64,000 bases of DNA from a virus (lineage: Duplodnaviria; Heunggongvirae; Uroviricota; Caudoviricetes), in the IMG/VR virus record IMGVR_UViG_3300023371_000080; one strand, 5' to 3'. A program made the translations under genes and the position numbers. Below, one piece after another: positions 7,424 through 17,572 of this stretch; within the stretch, counting starts at the first letter, position 1, and the number at the start of each line of letters is the position of its first letter. The notes below the pieces were generated by a model. That model saw only the letters and a list, made by a program, of their open reading frames with translations, did not search any database and was not told the origin of the DNA.

Positions 7424-7656
7424 TGAGATGCCTCCTTATATACACATTCATAGCGTTTTCTTTCAAACTTATCGCAGATGTTGAAGAATATTCTTCTTGC
7501 TTCTGCGTTTGTAGGACATACCTTTACTGTGGTTTCAGGTTCTGCGTTAAACCAACTGCTTCTGTAGGTTCTTGTGGTTACGACAATGTTATCTTCACAG
7601 ATTACTTGTTCGTAGATTATACATTCATTGCCATAGTGCTGATATTTGGCTTTCAT
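7420..7656 (-). CDS. Hypothetical protein
   Basis: 78 aa ORF with RBS. Confidence 0.7.
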   Translation of the reverse strand: MKAKYQHYGNECIIYEQVICEDNIVVTTRTYRSSWFNAEPETTVKVCPTNAEARRIFFNICDKFERKRYECVYKEASQ

Positions 7657-7674
7657 TCGAATGTCTCCTATTTC

Positions 7675-8649
7675 TTAGAACCATACTCTCAGATTCTTGA
7701 CGTTATCGGGGTCATATGTCGGAACAAAATCATCTTCGGGCATTACGTCCTTAAGAGATATCAAATCCTTATATGTTTTATCATATCGATAATAGTTACC
7801 ATATTCATCAATAGCAACCTCATTTTCCTCATTCACAAGCCACGTGTCGGCTGTCCATGAATAAATCCAAACAGTCTCGGCGGGCAAGAATGTAACATCA
7901 ATGCGGCGATTGTATGAGCTGTACTGACTATACGATGAATGATAACTCTTATATTCTTCGATATACTCAAACTTCTCACATTCTGTCGTCAGCATCTTTA
8001 CGGACTTCTCAATGATAGTATTCATATCACCGATGTCTACATATTCGTGCTCAGTATGAGGATTGTAATATCCACTTGAGATATTTACCGCCGCCACTTC
8101 AAGGTCAGGGGCAATAATGCTTATATCGGAGAATGTGCCGTAAGATTTTTTGAAACCAAATCCCTCGACAAACTCAACGAATTCCTTATTACCGCACTGA
8201 TAGAAGACACAGTCCTTATTCCCCTTGCGGTCATACTCAACGATATACTTGAGGTCGGGTATATCAGTAGTTACAATGTACTCCGTGAATACTCGTGCTC
8301 CAACACCGCCAACTTCCTCGTCCATCGTGAAGAGGACATAAGGCTTGTACGGAAGCTTGTTGAGCAACTCAAGGATGATATACACACCGCATCTATCGTC
8401 GCCGCCAATTCCCTGCGGAGACATCATATAGTTTCCGTCCTTGGAATAACAGATGATTGATGGTAGATTCTTGTGCACAGTATCGAGATGTGCCACAAGC
8501 ATATATGGAGCATTTCCCTCTGCGTAGAGGAACTTAGGTTTATTGTGCAACTGAGAGGGTGTATACCCTTTCTCTATCAGTTCGCATCTCAGAGCATTCT
8601 TGAGCTTAGTAGCAGGTGTTGTAAATATTTTTTCGAATTTCATTTTCAT
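7675..8649 (-). CDS. Zn-dependent peptidase, M28/M20-like
   Basis: Motifs AHLDTVH, GGDDRCG, DEEVG, EYDR, YYNPHT. Confidence 0.85.
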   Translation of the reverse strand: MKMKFEKIFTTPATKLKNALRCELIEKGYTPSQLHNKPKFLYAEGNAPYMLVAHLDTVHKNLPSIICYSKDGNYMMSPQGIGGDDRCGVYIILELLNKLPYKPYVLFTMDEEVGGVGARVFTEYIVTTDIPDLKYIVEYDRKGNKDCVFYQCGNKEFVEFVEGFGFKKSYGTFSDISIIAPDLEVAAVNISSGYYNPHTEHEYVDIGDMNTIIEKSVKMLTTECEKFEYIEEYKSYHSSYSQYSSYNRRIDVTFLPAETVWIYSWTADTWLVNEENEVAIDEYGNYYRYDKTYKDLISLKDVMPEDDFVPTYDPDNVKNLRVWF

Positions 8650-10652
8650 TCATCCTTTCTATACATTTCGAGCACTTCATCGATTGTCTTGCCAATCCAC
8701 GAGTCGTCGGCATTCTTGAGACGTCCTGCGATGTGTTCGTGGTCCCAGTTCCAACTGTGTCGGTCTAGCGAGCTAATCCAATACTGTTTGTACCCACCAC
8801 TTATAAACACGTCTTCAATCTTGACGATACGATTGGGATACCAGCGTTCCATTGAACTTATAACACCGACGTGATAGCATTCGATAGTCGGGTTCATTAC
8901 GACATAGTCGCCTACTTTGTAAGATTTTTGAGGCGTTACCTTAATTCCGTGTTTGCTCAAATCATGGCATCTTTCACAAACCTTATCACCATCGCGTTTT
9001 ACGTGAACTTTTCCCTTGGTAATAAATTCGCCGCATATTGAGCATATATCATACTTTTCGATACAGTGAGAGCAGAAGCTTCCCGCACGCTTTGTTGTGA
9101 TCATACTTTTCGGATACCATACGCCGCAATCGTCACACTTTATAAACCTGCGAGTCGCCTCGTAGCACATTGTTTTTGTGCCCTCATTGGTGGTCAGCTC
9201 GCCATATTTCCAGTCCATAGGTTCATATTGCTGATGATAATCGCACCAGAATACACAGTCGGGGCAATAGAAGTTGCCGCTAATTTCGTAGTAATCATCG
9301 TGCATATGCATTCTCTTACCACAGTAGTTGCACTTAAGTGTTCTTTGATGATTGGGACACTGAAGCCAACTATGGTCTCTGCCATACAATGTTTCTCCAC
9401 AATGGAGGCAATATGCTTCGTGACCAATTACAATAGGATTATCCACATCAATAGAGATGGGGTTGTGCAGCGAAATAACAGGCTTTTGATGGTCATAGAA
9501 GTAATCGGGATAGTGACCTGAGTTATCGGCAGTTTCTACAAATCCCTCAATTCTCTTGATTTTGCGGCTGAATGTCCACAGATTTGTGAAGTTTTCAGTC
9601 TGCGAGATAATCAACTGCATCATCTGACGATATCTATCAACTAAAGCGTTCTCATTATTTGGATAACACTTTCCTGTGATAAGAATGCCATTAGAATACT
9701 GACAGCACATACGGGTCAGTTTCTGTCGCCGATAATACTCCTTTCCATTGTAGGAAGCGGGCAGAGTATACAGAATGAACGACGGCTCATCGAGAGCATA
9801 AGACAGACAACCCTGCTTATACATTCCCTGATAAGAAGACTCGGAGTCCTCGTGGAAGATGCCGTGCGAATTGATGAAGTGGCAGCTCGACCACGAATTA
9901 CCATTACTCATTGTCATAAAGTCAAGGAAATTCAAGGATACAAGCGTAATCTTCTCGATGGTCAACTCCGAGAGGCAGTCTGCGAACTTGGCGTAATACT
10001 TGTCGAAACTCTTGCAAGTACGAGGGTCGTCGCCGTCATCTTTGAGAGTTGTGGCGTTGTGTACTTCTTCGCTATATCGATTGACTACGAATTCGAATGC
10101 CTTGCGGACAAATTTGGTGATTTTGGTGCCGTTGTGGAACATTCTTTCCAAGGATGTGGGCAATTCATATCTCCAGTCCCAACTGTTGCGAATGGTATTG
10201 ATTATATCTTCGTTCAGCAGTCCTGTTTCTTCGCCCCTATAACATTCCAAAGCATAAATGATTGCATCTATGCACCACTTATCGCCATTAACGTTAATGT
10301 GGTTTCTTACATATTGAGCAAGGTCGCAAAGGGCGTTTGATGCTCGCTTATAGTCAATGGGTCTTGTTTCGGTCTGCGAGAAAACGATGGCTTTTGCTTC
10401 CTCATTCCAATACGGATGATTGCGGAAGAGTTCCATCTGTTTCTTCTTGTTTTCGAACCAAGTAGCAATATTCTTTCGAACGCCATCAACGGTGTATGTA
10501 CCATCGATTTCAAATTCATCGAACAGCTTACAAGCAAGTTCGGTATAATAATCAATCTGCTTGTCATCGGTGTCGTATTCTGCGAGGAATGCCGCATTAG
10601 CCTCGGCATTATCTGTGCTCTTGTTTAAAACGATATCTTTGATGTTTTCCAT
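8646..10652 (-). CDS. Large hypothetical protein with multiple C-terminal CxxC zinc-ribbon repeats
   Basis: 668 aa; WSSCH motif; many CxxC pairs; ATGA-coupled to the peptidase. Confidence 0.85.
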   Translation of the reverse strand: MENIKDIVLNKSTDNAEANAAFLAEYDTDDKQIDYYTELACKLFDEFEIDGTYTVDGVRKNIATWFENKKKQMELFRNHPYWNEEAKAIVFSQTETRPIDYKRASNALCDLAQYVRNHINVNGDKWCIDAIIYALECYRGEETGLLNEDIINTIRNSWDWRYELPTSLERMFHNGTKITKFVRKAFEFVVNRYSEEVHNATTLKDDGDDPRTCKSFDKYYAKFADCLSELTIEKITLVSLNFLDFMTMSNGNSWSSCHFINSHGIFHEDSESSYQGMYKQGCLSYALDEPSFILYTLPASYNGKEYYRRQKLTRMCCQYSNGILITGKCYPNNENALVDRYRQMMQLIISQTENFTNLWTFSRKIKRIEGFVETADNSGHYPDYFYDHQKPVISLHNPISIDVDNPIVIGHEAYCLHCGETLYGRDHSWLQCPNHQRTLKCNYCGKRMHMHDDYYEISGNFYCPDCVFWCDYHQQYEPMDWKYGELTTNEGTKTMCYEATRRFIKCDDCGVWYPKSMITTKRAGSFCSHCIEKYDICSICGEFITKGKVHVKRDGDKVCERCHDLSKHGIKVTPQKSYKVGDYVVMNPTIECYHVGVISSMERWYPNRIVKIEDVFISGGYKQYWISSLDRHSWNWDHEHIAGRLKNADDSWIGKTIDEVLEMYRKDE

Positions 10653-10684
10653 GATAATACTCCTTTATAGTATTCGTTTCATTC

Positions 10685-11110
10685 TTATTCTGCACACAGA
10701 GCTTCGGCTTCCTGCATAAGAAACATTTCTTTTTCGAGCTTTGCACGCAGTTCTTCACACTTTGCCTTGTGTTTGGCAAGCTTTTCCTGTGCTTTCAGCT
10801 TTGCTTCCTGCTCGGTAACCATGGCATCATAAGCAGCAACCTTTTCAGCTCGGATACGGTTCTGCTCGGTGATTTCTCCAAGATGCTCCATCATCTTTGA
10901 GACGAGGCAGAGCTTCATTCCTTTGCAGGTTCTGGATTTGCCAGTTAAGGCGGCACTTATACAAGAGCGGTCTACACCAAGTGCATTTGCGGCATCATAG
11001 CCTGATGCATAGATGTCTCCAGTCGTGATGTTATACACGGCTTTGCAGTTCTTGTTGTTGTGGTGTCCAGTTACGTTTACGTTGCTTGCGTTCTGAATGT
11101 TGACGATCAT
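10685..11110 (-). CDS. NUMOD1/IENR1-like HTH DNA-binding protein with coiled-coil tail
   Basis: KAVYNITTGDIYASGYDAANALGVDRSCISAALTGKSRTCKG resembles NUMOD1. Confidence 0.7.
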   Translation of the reverse strand: MIVNIQNASNVNVTGHHNNKNCKAVYNITTGDIYASGYDAANALGVDRSCISAALTGKSRTCKGMKLCLVSKMMEHLGEITEQNRIRAEKVAAYDAMVTEQEAKLKAQEKLAKHKAKCEELRAKLEKEMFLMQEAEALCAE

Positions 11111-11152
11111 GATTTTTTTATACCTTTCTTTTTTTTGGTTTTTATTTTTAGT

Positions 11153-11554
11153 TTATTTTACGGTTTCGATTCCCGAAACTTCAAGATAAATTCCGTGATT
11201 GCCGCAACAAATTAAGTTGTGAGCCTCAGCGTATTCGTCTACGCTCTGTCCGTTTTCGCACTCGTCGGCAAGCTCATAATAGTCTGAGTATAAGCCGCAG
11301 AGTTCGTGTTCTTCGCAGTAATCTGCGACCATATCCACGGCCTCTTGTTCGTTGTAAGCATGGGCTTGGAACACTTTGAGCCAAGCGGTGCCTGTGCCGA
11401 GATATACTCGGTATAGAGTTTCTCCACAGGAATTTGATCCAATTGTTGGTATGTTCATAATTTCTTCACTCGCTTTCGCCTCTTCTTCGAGGCAAGATTT
11501 ACAGTTATCGGTGCAGTTGGTTACTGTATTGCAAAGTGGGCAGAATTTGGACAT
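11153..11554 (-). CDS. Hypothetical protein, N-terminal Cys cluster
   Basis: 133 aa ORF, AAGGAGG RBS. Confidence 0.75.
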   Translation of the reverse strand: MSKFCPLCNTVTNCTDNCKSCLEEEAKASEEIMNIPTIGSNSCGETLYRVYLGTGTAWLKVFQAHAYNEQEAVDMVADYCEEHELCGLYSDYYELADECENGQSVDEYAEAHNLICCGNHGIYLEVSGIETVK

Positions 11555-11575
11555 AGTGTGCCTCCTTAATTCTGT

Positions 11576-12160
11576 TTACGGAATGATTTTGATTTCTTTG
11601 CCGAGTAGCTTACAGACTTCTGCGAGAGTCATTTCTTCGACTTTTTTGCGTTCGTAGATGAGGTTGCCGTGCTCATCTTCAAAAGCATCAAATGCACAAT
11701 CTGATTTGATTATGGGTCGTCTTATGGCAACAATATCATAATCTCGACAAATGAAACTGCTTAAATCATCTCTTAGACAATCAATATCGTTCCAGCAGCA
11801 ATCTTGGCAAATAAACATTCCAAGGTTGCCATTGAAAATTTCGACATCTCCGTTTCTACGAAGAATTACATCACCTGTCTTAAGGTCTGCTTTGGTAAAA
11901 GTGTTATTCATGAAATCCTCCCATTCAAGAATTGTGTAGCCATTGTTTGCGTAATGCTGTACACTACAATAATATCCCTCATTGAAATTGTATGCGGTTT
12001 CTTCGCCACACAGAGCATAGCAGATTGTGGATTTATAAGTTTGACCATCGTGCCACGTTCTGCCGATGCTATGCAGATAGTCACAGAAGTTCTTTGCTTC
12101 TTCTTCGGTCTTGCAGTGCATAACGTATTTGCCTGTGTAATTGTTAATGTTGAATTTCAT
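11576..12160 (-). CDS. Hypothetical phage protein
   Basis: Start MKFNINN after AAGGAG RBS. Confidence 0.8.
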   Translation of the reverse strand: MKFNINNYTGKYVMHCKTEEEAKNFCDYLHSIGRTWHDGQTYKSTICYALCGEETAYNFNEGYYCSVQHYANNGYTILEWEDFMNNTFTKADLKTGDVILRRNGDVEIFNGNLGMFICQDCCWNDIDCLRDDLSSFICRDYDIVAIRRPIIKSDCAFDAFEDEHGNLIYERKKVEEMTLAEVCKLLGKEIKIIP

Positions 12161-12170
12161 TGGTTTCTCC

Positions 12171-12380
12171 TTATACCTGGTCACTATAAAAATAAACGGT
12201 GTTTGTTTTCGTGTCGATATGGTCTATTACAAGCACACCATAAGAAACATTCTTAAATGCTTCTATGTATTTGACCATTTTCTCAATCGACACTTCGCCT
12301 TTGCCTAAATGGATTACTATTTTATTTCCATTCTCGTCAAATTCGGTGCTTGTAAATTCGCTCATATGGTAGAATTTCAT
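12171..12380 (-). CDS. Hypothetical protein
   Basis: Start MKFYH after AAAGGAGG RBS. Confidence 0.6.
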   Translation of the reverse strand: MKFYHMSEFTSTEFDENGNKIVIHLGKGEVSIEKMVKYIEAFKNVSYGVLVIDHIDTKTNTVYFYSDQV

Positions 12381-12516
12381 AGTAATTCCTCCTTTATACA
12401 AAAGCAACCATACTCCAAACATAGATGCTTACGAGTATGGGAATGGCGATGGCTATTTCCACAAGAATGATTGCGGTTAGGGTTTTGATGAGTTTCATAG
12501 TGATTTCAACTCCTTA

Positions 12517-12690
12517 TTACATTTGGACTTCAATCCAAAGTTTGTTGCTGTCGATATGCCAAATAATTTCAGCAATCGTGAATTTTCCGTTGCCAAACGC
12601 AACTTTATCTCCGACTTTTGGGATTATGGTGGCAGATTGAGTAATGGCATACGTTGCACTTCCCCTCATCCATATAATAGTCATTCTCAT
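12517..12690 (-). CDS. Small hypothetical protein (57 aa)
   Basis: GAGGAGG RBS and ATGA overlap with upstream gene; below ORF-track cutoff. Confidence 0.55.
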   Translation of the reverse strand: MRMTIIWMRGSATYAITQSATIIPKVGDKVAFGNGKFTIAEIIWHIDSNKLWIEVQM

Positions 12691-12938
12691 GTTCCTCCTC
12701 TAACAATTTTGAGTGCAGTTTTAACGAGCGTGGTTATATGATTATCGTTGCAATCGTACTTTTCGTACCATTCGCAAACGGTGCTCGACGGAATAGTGGC
12801 GTGTAGACAATCCCAAGCAAGTCGAGTTTCAAAGTTATTGAAGCCGCCAACTTCTTCAAGGATTGCGGCATAGTTGTCGAGATTTTTAATTTGTTTGAAC
12901 TTTTCGACTACGAAGTCGAGTTCGGGTGCAAGTTTCAT
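12687..12938 (-). CDS. Hypothetical protein
   Basis: ORF with AAGGAG RBS. Confidence 0.7.
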   Translation of the reverse strand: MKLAPELDFVVEKFKQIKNLDNYAAILEEVGGFNNFETRLAWDCLHATIPSSTVCEWYEKYDCNDNHITTLVKTALKIVRGGT

Positions 12939-13001
12939 AATTATCACTCCTTAAGATTAGGGTGGATTTTGACATAGTTGTTGCGTTTACGCTTAGGTCG
13001 C

Positions 13002-13163
13002 TTAATTGAGTACCATATACGAAATCCACTCCACAATGGCTGCGATGCCGACCTGAAGTGCGAACTGCAGAAATCCGATGCCGCCTGCGGCAAAGGCTCC
13101 CGCCGAGCCGATAGCGAAGATGAGTGCCGCTCCTGCAAGAGCGAGAAAAAACAGTTTAGTCAT
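13002..13163 (-). CDS. Small hydrophobic putative membrane protein (MTKLFFLALAGAALIFAIG...)
   Basis: 53 aa, AAAGGAG RBS, two hydrophobic stretches. Confidence 0.55.
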   Translation of the reverse strand: MTKLFFLALAGAALIFAIGSAGAFAAGGIGFLQFALQVGIAAIVEWISYMVLN

Positions 13164-13438
13164 AATGATACTCCTTTCTGAGCAAGAAATTGGTTAAGAG
13201 TTTTTTCGCCATACACGATATCGTGCAGAGCGTTGTTGATTTCGGTTTCGGTGCAATAGTGCGAGAGCACTTCACGGAGTGCGGACTCACGAGGGTCTTT
13301 GCTGAGGCGTTTGCCATCTCTTCCACGGCGAGCAGAGAGAATATAGAGGTCATAAAGCAGACTGATTTTCTTGTCTGCTACAACCTCTGCGGGTTCGGTT
13401 GTGGGATTGGTATAATCGTCAATACGGTCGTGTCTCAT
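13160..13438 (-). CDS. Hypothetical protein
   Basis: Start MRHDRID after AAAGGAG RBS. Confidence 0.7.
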   Translation of the reverse strand: MRHDRIDDYTNPTTEPAEVVADKKISLLYDLYILSARRGRDGKRLSKDPRESALREVLSHYCTETEINNALHDIVYGEKTLNQFLAQKGVSL

Positions 13439-13531
13439 AGTTAAAATCTCCTTTGAGCTATGTAATTCGTGCATTGAGCACATAAGAAAAGACACGAATA
13501 TAGTACTCGTGCCTTTGATTTGCGTGTTCAA

Positions 13532-13882
13532 TTAATCTTCGACCAAGGTGTATTCAATAACGCCCTCAAACAAAATATCAAGCTTTACTCGGTCATCAGC
13601 CGTGGGATAAATCTGAAAATTGTCAGCATTTTTAGTAGCTTCCGCAAATGCCGCCGTATCGTATACGGTTACATCGGAAGTTACAGCCCTTATGGCTACG
13701 GAACCCAGCTGAAGTGCCCCCTCAATAATTTCGATGGTCGCATCAGGGTCTTCGGATAAAATGATATTTTTGATCATAGTATAGGAGTCCATCACCTCTC
13801 GCTGTCTTGTAAGGTTGACGACCCCCATTTTGGGCGCATCCAAGTACTCCTTGAATTTCTGAAATTCTGCGTCTAATTCCAT
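13532..13882 (-). CDS. Hypothetical protein
   Basis: 116 aa, AAGGAGG RBS, first gene after the 14014 promoter. Confidence 0.8.
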   Translation of the reverse strand: MELDAEFQKFKEYLDAPKMGVVNLTRQREVMDSYTMIKNIILSEDPDATIEIIEGALQLGSVAIRAVTSDVTVYDTAAFAEATKNADNFQIYPTADDRVKLDILFEGVIEYTLVED

Positions 13883-13985
13883 AAAGTCCTCCTTTTGGGT
13901 ATGAAATTAGAGCGTTTTTACGGAACGCTCCATCAAACCGTCTTGAGTTAACAACCACGAAAACTCAAACCAAACAACCAACTAT

Positions 13986-14014
13986 ATTATAACCTGAGCC
14001 GCTGATTTTGTCAA
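13986..14014 (-). promoter_or_regulatory. Consensus sigmaA/sigma70 promoter for the leftward arm
   Basis: TTGACA (14014-14009), 17 nt, TATAAT (13991-13986). Confidence 0.85.
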
Positions 14015-14030
14015 CAATCAGGCATAATAC

Positions 14031-14300
14031 CTATTTCAAAACTACAAGGTCATAGCAAGGCTCACCGTCGAAGTCCCAACACAGACCTGTCTGCATCAAA
14101 ATGCCTTTAACACGGGTAAGAAATACTAACTGACCATTGATGTAACGAGCCCAACCCTGACGAGCGTGCTTTACTCCATAACGAGCGTAATATTCAGGTT
14201 CAAACACAGGCATTTCCTTAGGGAATTCGCCATTGAAATAAACCTTTGCACCACTACGGATAGTGTGACCATTAGCGTCTACAAATTTAACCTTAGACAT
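14031..14300 (-). CDS. Hypothetical protein
   Basis: Start MSKVKF after GAGG RBS. Confidence 0.7.
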   Translation of the reverse strand: MSKVKFVDANGHTIRSGAKVYFNGEFPKEMPVFEPEYYARYGVKHARQGWARYINGQLVFLTRVKGILMQTGLCWDFDGEPCYDLVVLK

Positions 14301-14511
14301 AATTATACCTCTTTCAAGAAATTTGTGCATAATCAGCCGAACCCGCCCACACCAACGAGGAGGAATGCACCTTGTGGGCATTCGCAGGAATTGCGACCTG
14401 AAGCCGCCCGATATCCTGCGAAGCGAAGCCTATTATCATAAGCACCGCATACAGTTGCAGTATCCTGACGAACAATCCTGAATAGTCAGGATTGCCCGCC
14501 TTATACTTTTT

Positions 14512-14541
14512 AAAAAAAAGAGAGAGCCGAAGCTCTCTCTT
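14512..14541 (-). terminator. Rho-independent terminator
   Basis: AAGAGAGAGC-TTCG-GCTCTCTCTT followed by a T-run on the minus strand. Confidence 0.9.
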
Positions 14542-14556
14542 GGTCCAACCTGAGCC

Positions 14557-15408
14557 TTAGTTCTTCTTAGACTTAAGGTCGTAAGGAGTGCCATACACGA
14601 TGTGCTGGAAGACCTTATTGTTCAGGTTGTAAAGGTCACGGCTACCGAGAATGCCTGTCTTCTGAGTACGCTTGTCATAAGCCGTAACGCTTGCTCTCAT
14701 AAACTTGTAGTCCTCATCCTTGAACACGTAGCCGCTGCCGACCAAGTGCTCAACCACGGTCTGACCAAGGCTCTTAACCTGAGTCTTAGAAGTGGGGTCT
14801 GCGAGGTCTGCGTTGCCGAGAGCCGCCTCGTGCTTAACGAGAGCCTTAGAGAAGTCGTAGTCTGTCTTAAGAGCCTTGATAGTCTCTTCACGCTTTTCAG
14901 CGTCGGTGAAACCAAGCACAACCTGAGCCACGATGGCACCTGAGAGAGCCATAAATTCGCCGCTCCAAGCCTTGTCAACCGAACCCTTAATGCCGTGAGT
15001 AGTGCAGTAAGTATCCATCTCCTTGAGAGAGATGAAGACCTCACGAGTTTCGACCTCGTAAGTAGTGGTATCGGTTTCCTTATCCTTGACGGGCTTAACC
15101 ACATAAGTCACATAGGACTTAGCCTTAATCGCCGCCATAATAGGATTCTCGTTACAGAAAGCGAGTTCGTAGAAAGTCGCATCCTTGCAAGCCTTAGCAC
15201 AAACCTTTTCGAGTTCACGTCCGTTGACCTTTTCGACCTCGATAGCCTTGAAGTCTTCGTTCATATGATACTCGTTACGCTTATCAGCAGAAGCCTGAAG
15301 ATTTTTGCGAGCAGACTCAACCTGAGCCTTGAGAGTTTCGAGAACCTGAGCAGGAGTCAGTGCGTTTGCGTTAGTTTCAACCTGGGTAGTGTTTTTCTTG
15401 TTTGCCAT
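14557..15408 (-). CDS. Hypothetical protein with highly-expressed-type codon usage
   Basis: Start MANKKN after GGAG RBS; followed by a strong terminator. Confidence 0.85.
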   Translation of the reverse strand: MANKKNTTQVETNANALTPAQVLETLKAQVESARKNLQASADKRNEYHMNEDFKAIEVEKVNGRELEKVCAKACKDATFYELAFCNENPIMAAIKAKSYVTYVVKPVKDKETDTTTYEVETREVFISLKEMDTYCTTHGIKGSVDKAWSGEFMALSGAIVAQVVLGFTDAEKREETIKALKTDYDFSKALVKHEAALGNADLADPTSKTQVKSLGQTVVEHLVGSGYVFKDEDYKFMRASVTAYDKRTQKTGILGSRDLYNLNNKVFQHIVYGTPYDLKSKKN

Positions 15409-15602
15409 AATATTTCTCCGTTCTTGCGAGCCAAAATTTATTTTTGGTTTGAGTGTTGAAATTCCACCCGACAGGCTCACATTCAAGGACACCGAGTGAC
15501 CTGAGCCGCCCGATGCCCTTTATATGCAAGTCTGTCAAGGCTTTGACAAACTACGAATTCCTCAGTATTCGCCCTACTTGCGACCTAATACGGACAAACG
15601 GC

Positions 15603-15663
15603 AACCCTCACCTGAGAACCACCGAGTAAAGCTTGTTGGATGCAGAACCCTCACCTGAGAACC
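15603..15663. repeat. Direct repeat AACCCTCACCTGAGAACC x2
   Basis: Copies at 15603-15620 and 15646-15663. Confidence 0.85.
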
Positions 15664-16358
15664 CTGCCAAGCCGTCCTAATTCGGACACTTTGGGGTATA
15701 GCCACAATTCGCACCTGAGTGCAAGGGAGTAGCACAACCTTTCCCTGATTTTGCCCAAGCCGAGCCTTTTGGATAAGCCCATCAACAACGGTGGGGAAAC
15801 ACCGCCTAACGGAACCCCTAAATGCGACCTAACTTCGCAACGCACGCTCACGGAGTGCTGGCACCGACACGGATTGACCGTGCTACCCGACCTGACATTC
15901 TCCCAAGTCGGTGGGATAGTCGGCAAATGCGACCAAGACGGTCTACGGGATACCGACAAGATTTGCTCCACTTGTTACTTCTCGTTTAAGGTGTGGAGCG
16001 ACCCGCCTACCGAGCGGTAGACTTCGGCTCTTAACGAACGCCTTTCTTCGTTGTGTCGGTTGCTACCCGACTATTTGCTATAAGTTACAATACTCGGCTT
16101 TTGCCCTGCGGTTCGTTTTCGTTCCGCTCGGCTCTTGCCGTTTCCGTTTCCGTTTCCGTTGTTTCTGTTTCTGCCCTATATGGGAAAAAAATCGATAAGC
16201 GCAACATTTTATAAAAAAAATTGAAAAAAATTTTATTTTTTTTCAATGCTCTTTAAAGGCTCAATTTTGGCTTGTGGGCGGTTTTGTGCTTTTGTGGTAT
16301 GTTTGTATGGGTAAAGGCTTTTCGGCTCTTGTGGGCGGTTTTTGGCGGTTATAAGGGC

Positions 16359-16391
16359 AAAAAGAAAAACCGCCCCAAAATAGGGCGGTTT
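16359..16391 (-). terminator. Rho-independent terminator after 16547..17572
   Basis: AAACCGCCC/GGGCGGTTT stem then TTCTTTTT on the minus strand. Confidence 0.75.
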
Positions 16392-16546
16392 GTGGGTGCG
16401 GTTAGATTTTCAAAAATAACTTGAAAATATGCCAAAAATTAAAGGGTGATAATACTATGCTATTGGTTGCGACTTCGAAACAAGAGCATATAAACCACGC
16501 ACAAAGGGCGGCGGCAATTAAGGCGGTTATGATATTTTTCATTGAC

Positions 16547-17572
16547 TTATACCCCCTTATGAAAAGCGGTTACCCATTCGGAATAGGCTTTTTCGGTTCG
16601 TGCTTTGGCTCTTGTATATACTTCTTGATATACTGCATCGTCGGTGTGCTTTTCTGCTTTGGCTCTTGCGGTCTTTTCTGCGTTCTTTGCGGTGATATAT
16701 TCGGCATAGGCTGAAGCGGTTGCAAACTTTGCTTTGCCCTTTTTCAAATTGTCTTGTACTGTGCGAAGTGGGATATTGAGCAAGTCGGCAATGGTTGCGG
16801 TATCTTCTCCACGGATAGCAAGAGCAAATATTTCTTGTTGTTGTGCGGTCAATCCGTATTTGTCGAAAAAGGCTTTTTTCGTGTTTTCGGGTATGTCGGT
16901 CAAATCGTCTTGCGGTCTTTTGCTCGTTGTGACTTGTTGCCCATTGTCGGCAATACCGATAATATAATGAAGTTTTTTGTATCCGTCTGTTTTGCTCCAG
17001 CCGTGTATATATTCACGGATATTTTTACAAGCAAGGGCAAACAAGGTATAATTTTTTTCGTTGCCGTTTTTCAACACTTCCGTGAAAACTGTGTCGGCAA
17101 GTGTTAGGGACGCAGAGGAACAAAGCAAGGAATTAATAGCAATGTATGCGGTTTGGAAAAGGTCGAAAGCGTCACTATAATTTGTGGATGTGTCTTGCGT
17201 TTTATATGTGCGTATATCGTGCGGAAATGCTTTTAACATCTGCTCACACTTTTCAACCCCATTTGTGCCGATGTCTTTGGGCGAGTCGGTCAATTTTTGC
17301 AAGGTCTTATATACTGCTATTTGTGCGACAGTTTCGGTCAATTCGTGTATCGTGTCGGCAAGGTCGGCGGAGTAAGTCGGCATAATGTCAACGACTTTTA
17401 AAAGGTCGTTTCTACGGTTGCAAAGGTCGGTCAAGTGGTCGGTTGTGTCTTGCGCTCTTGTCGGTGCGGTCGGTGCGGTATAAGTAGGTACTTTTCCGTA
17501 CTTGTGCATATTTGCACAAATGGTCTTGATGTCAATTTGTCTTGTGGTGTTGGTGGTTGTTTGGTTTGTCAT
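16547..17572 (-). CDS. Sigma-70 region 4/LuxR-type HTH protein (putative phage sigma-like regulator)
   Basis: LTAQQQEIFALAIRGEDTATIADLLNIPLRTVQDNLKKGKAKF matches the sigma4/LuxR HTH pattern. Confidence 0.75.
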   Translation of the reverse strand: MTNQTTTNTTRQIDIKTICANMHKYGKVPTYTAPTAPTRAQDTTDHLTDLCNRRNDLLKVVDIMPTYSADLADTIHELTETVAQIAVYKTLQKLTDSPKDIGTNGVEKCEQMLKAFPHDIRTYKTQDTSTNYSDAFDLFQTAYIAINSLLCSSASLTLADTVFTEVLKNGNEKNYTLFALACKNIREYIHGWSKTDGYKKLHYIIGIADNGQQVTTSKRPQDDLTDIPENTKKAFFDKYGLTAQQQEIFALAIRGEDTATIADLLNIPLRTVQDNLKKGKAKFATASAYAEYITAKNAEKTARAKAEKHTDDAVYQEVYTRAKARTEKAYSEWVTAFHKGV

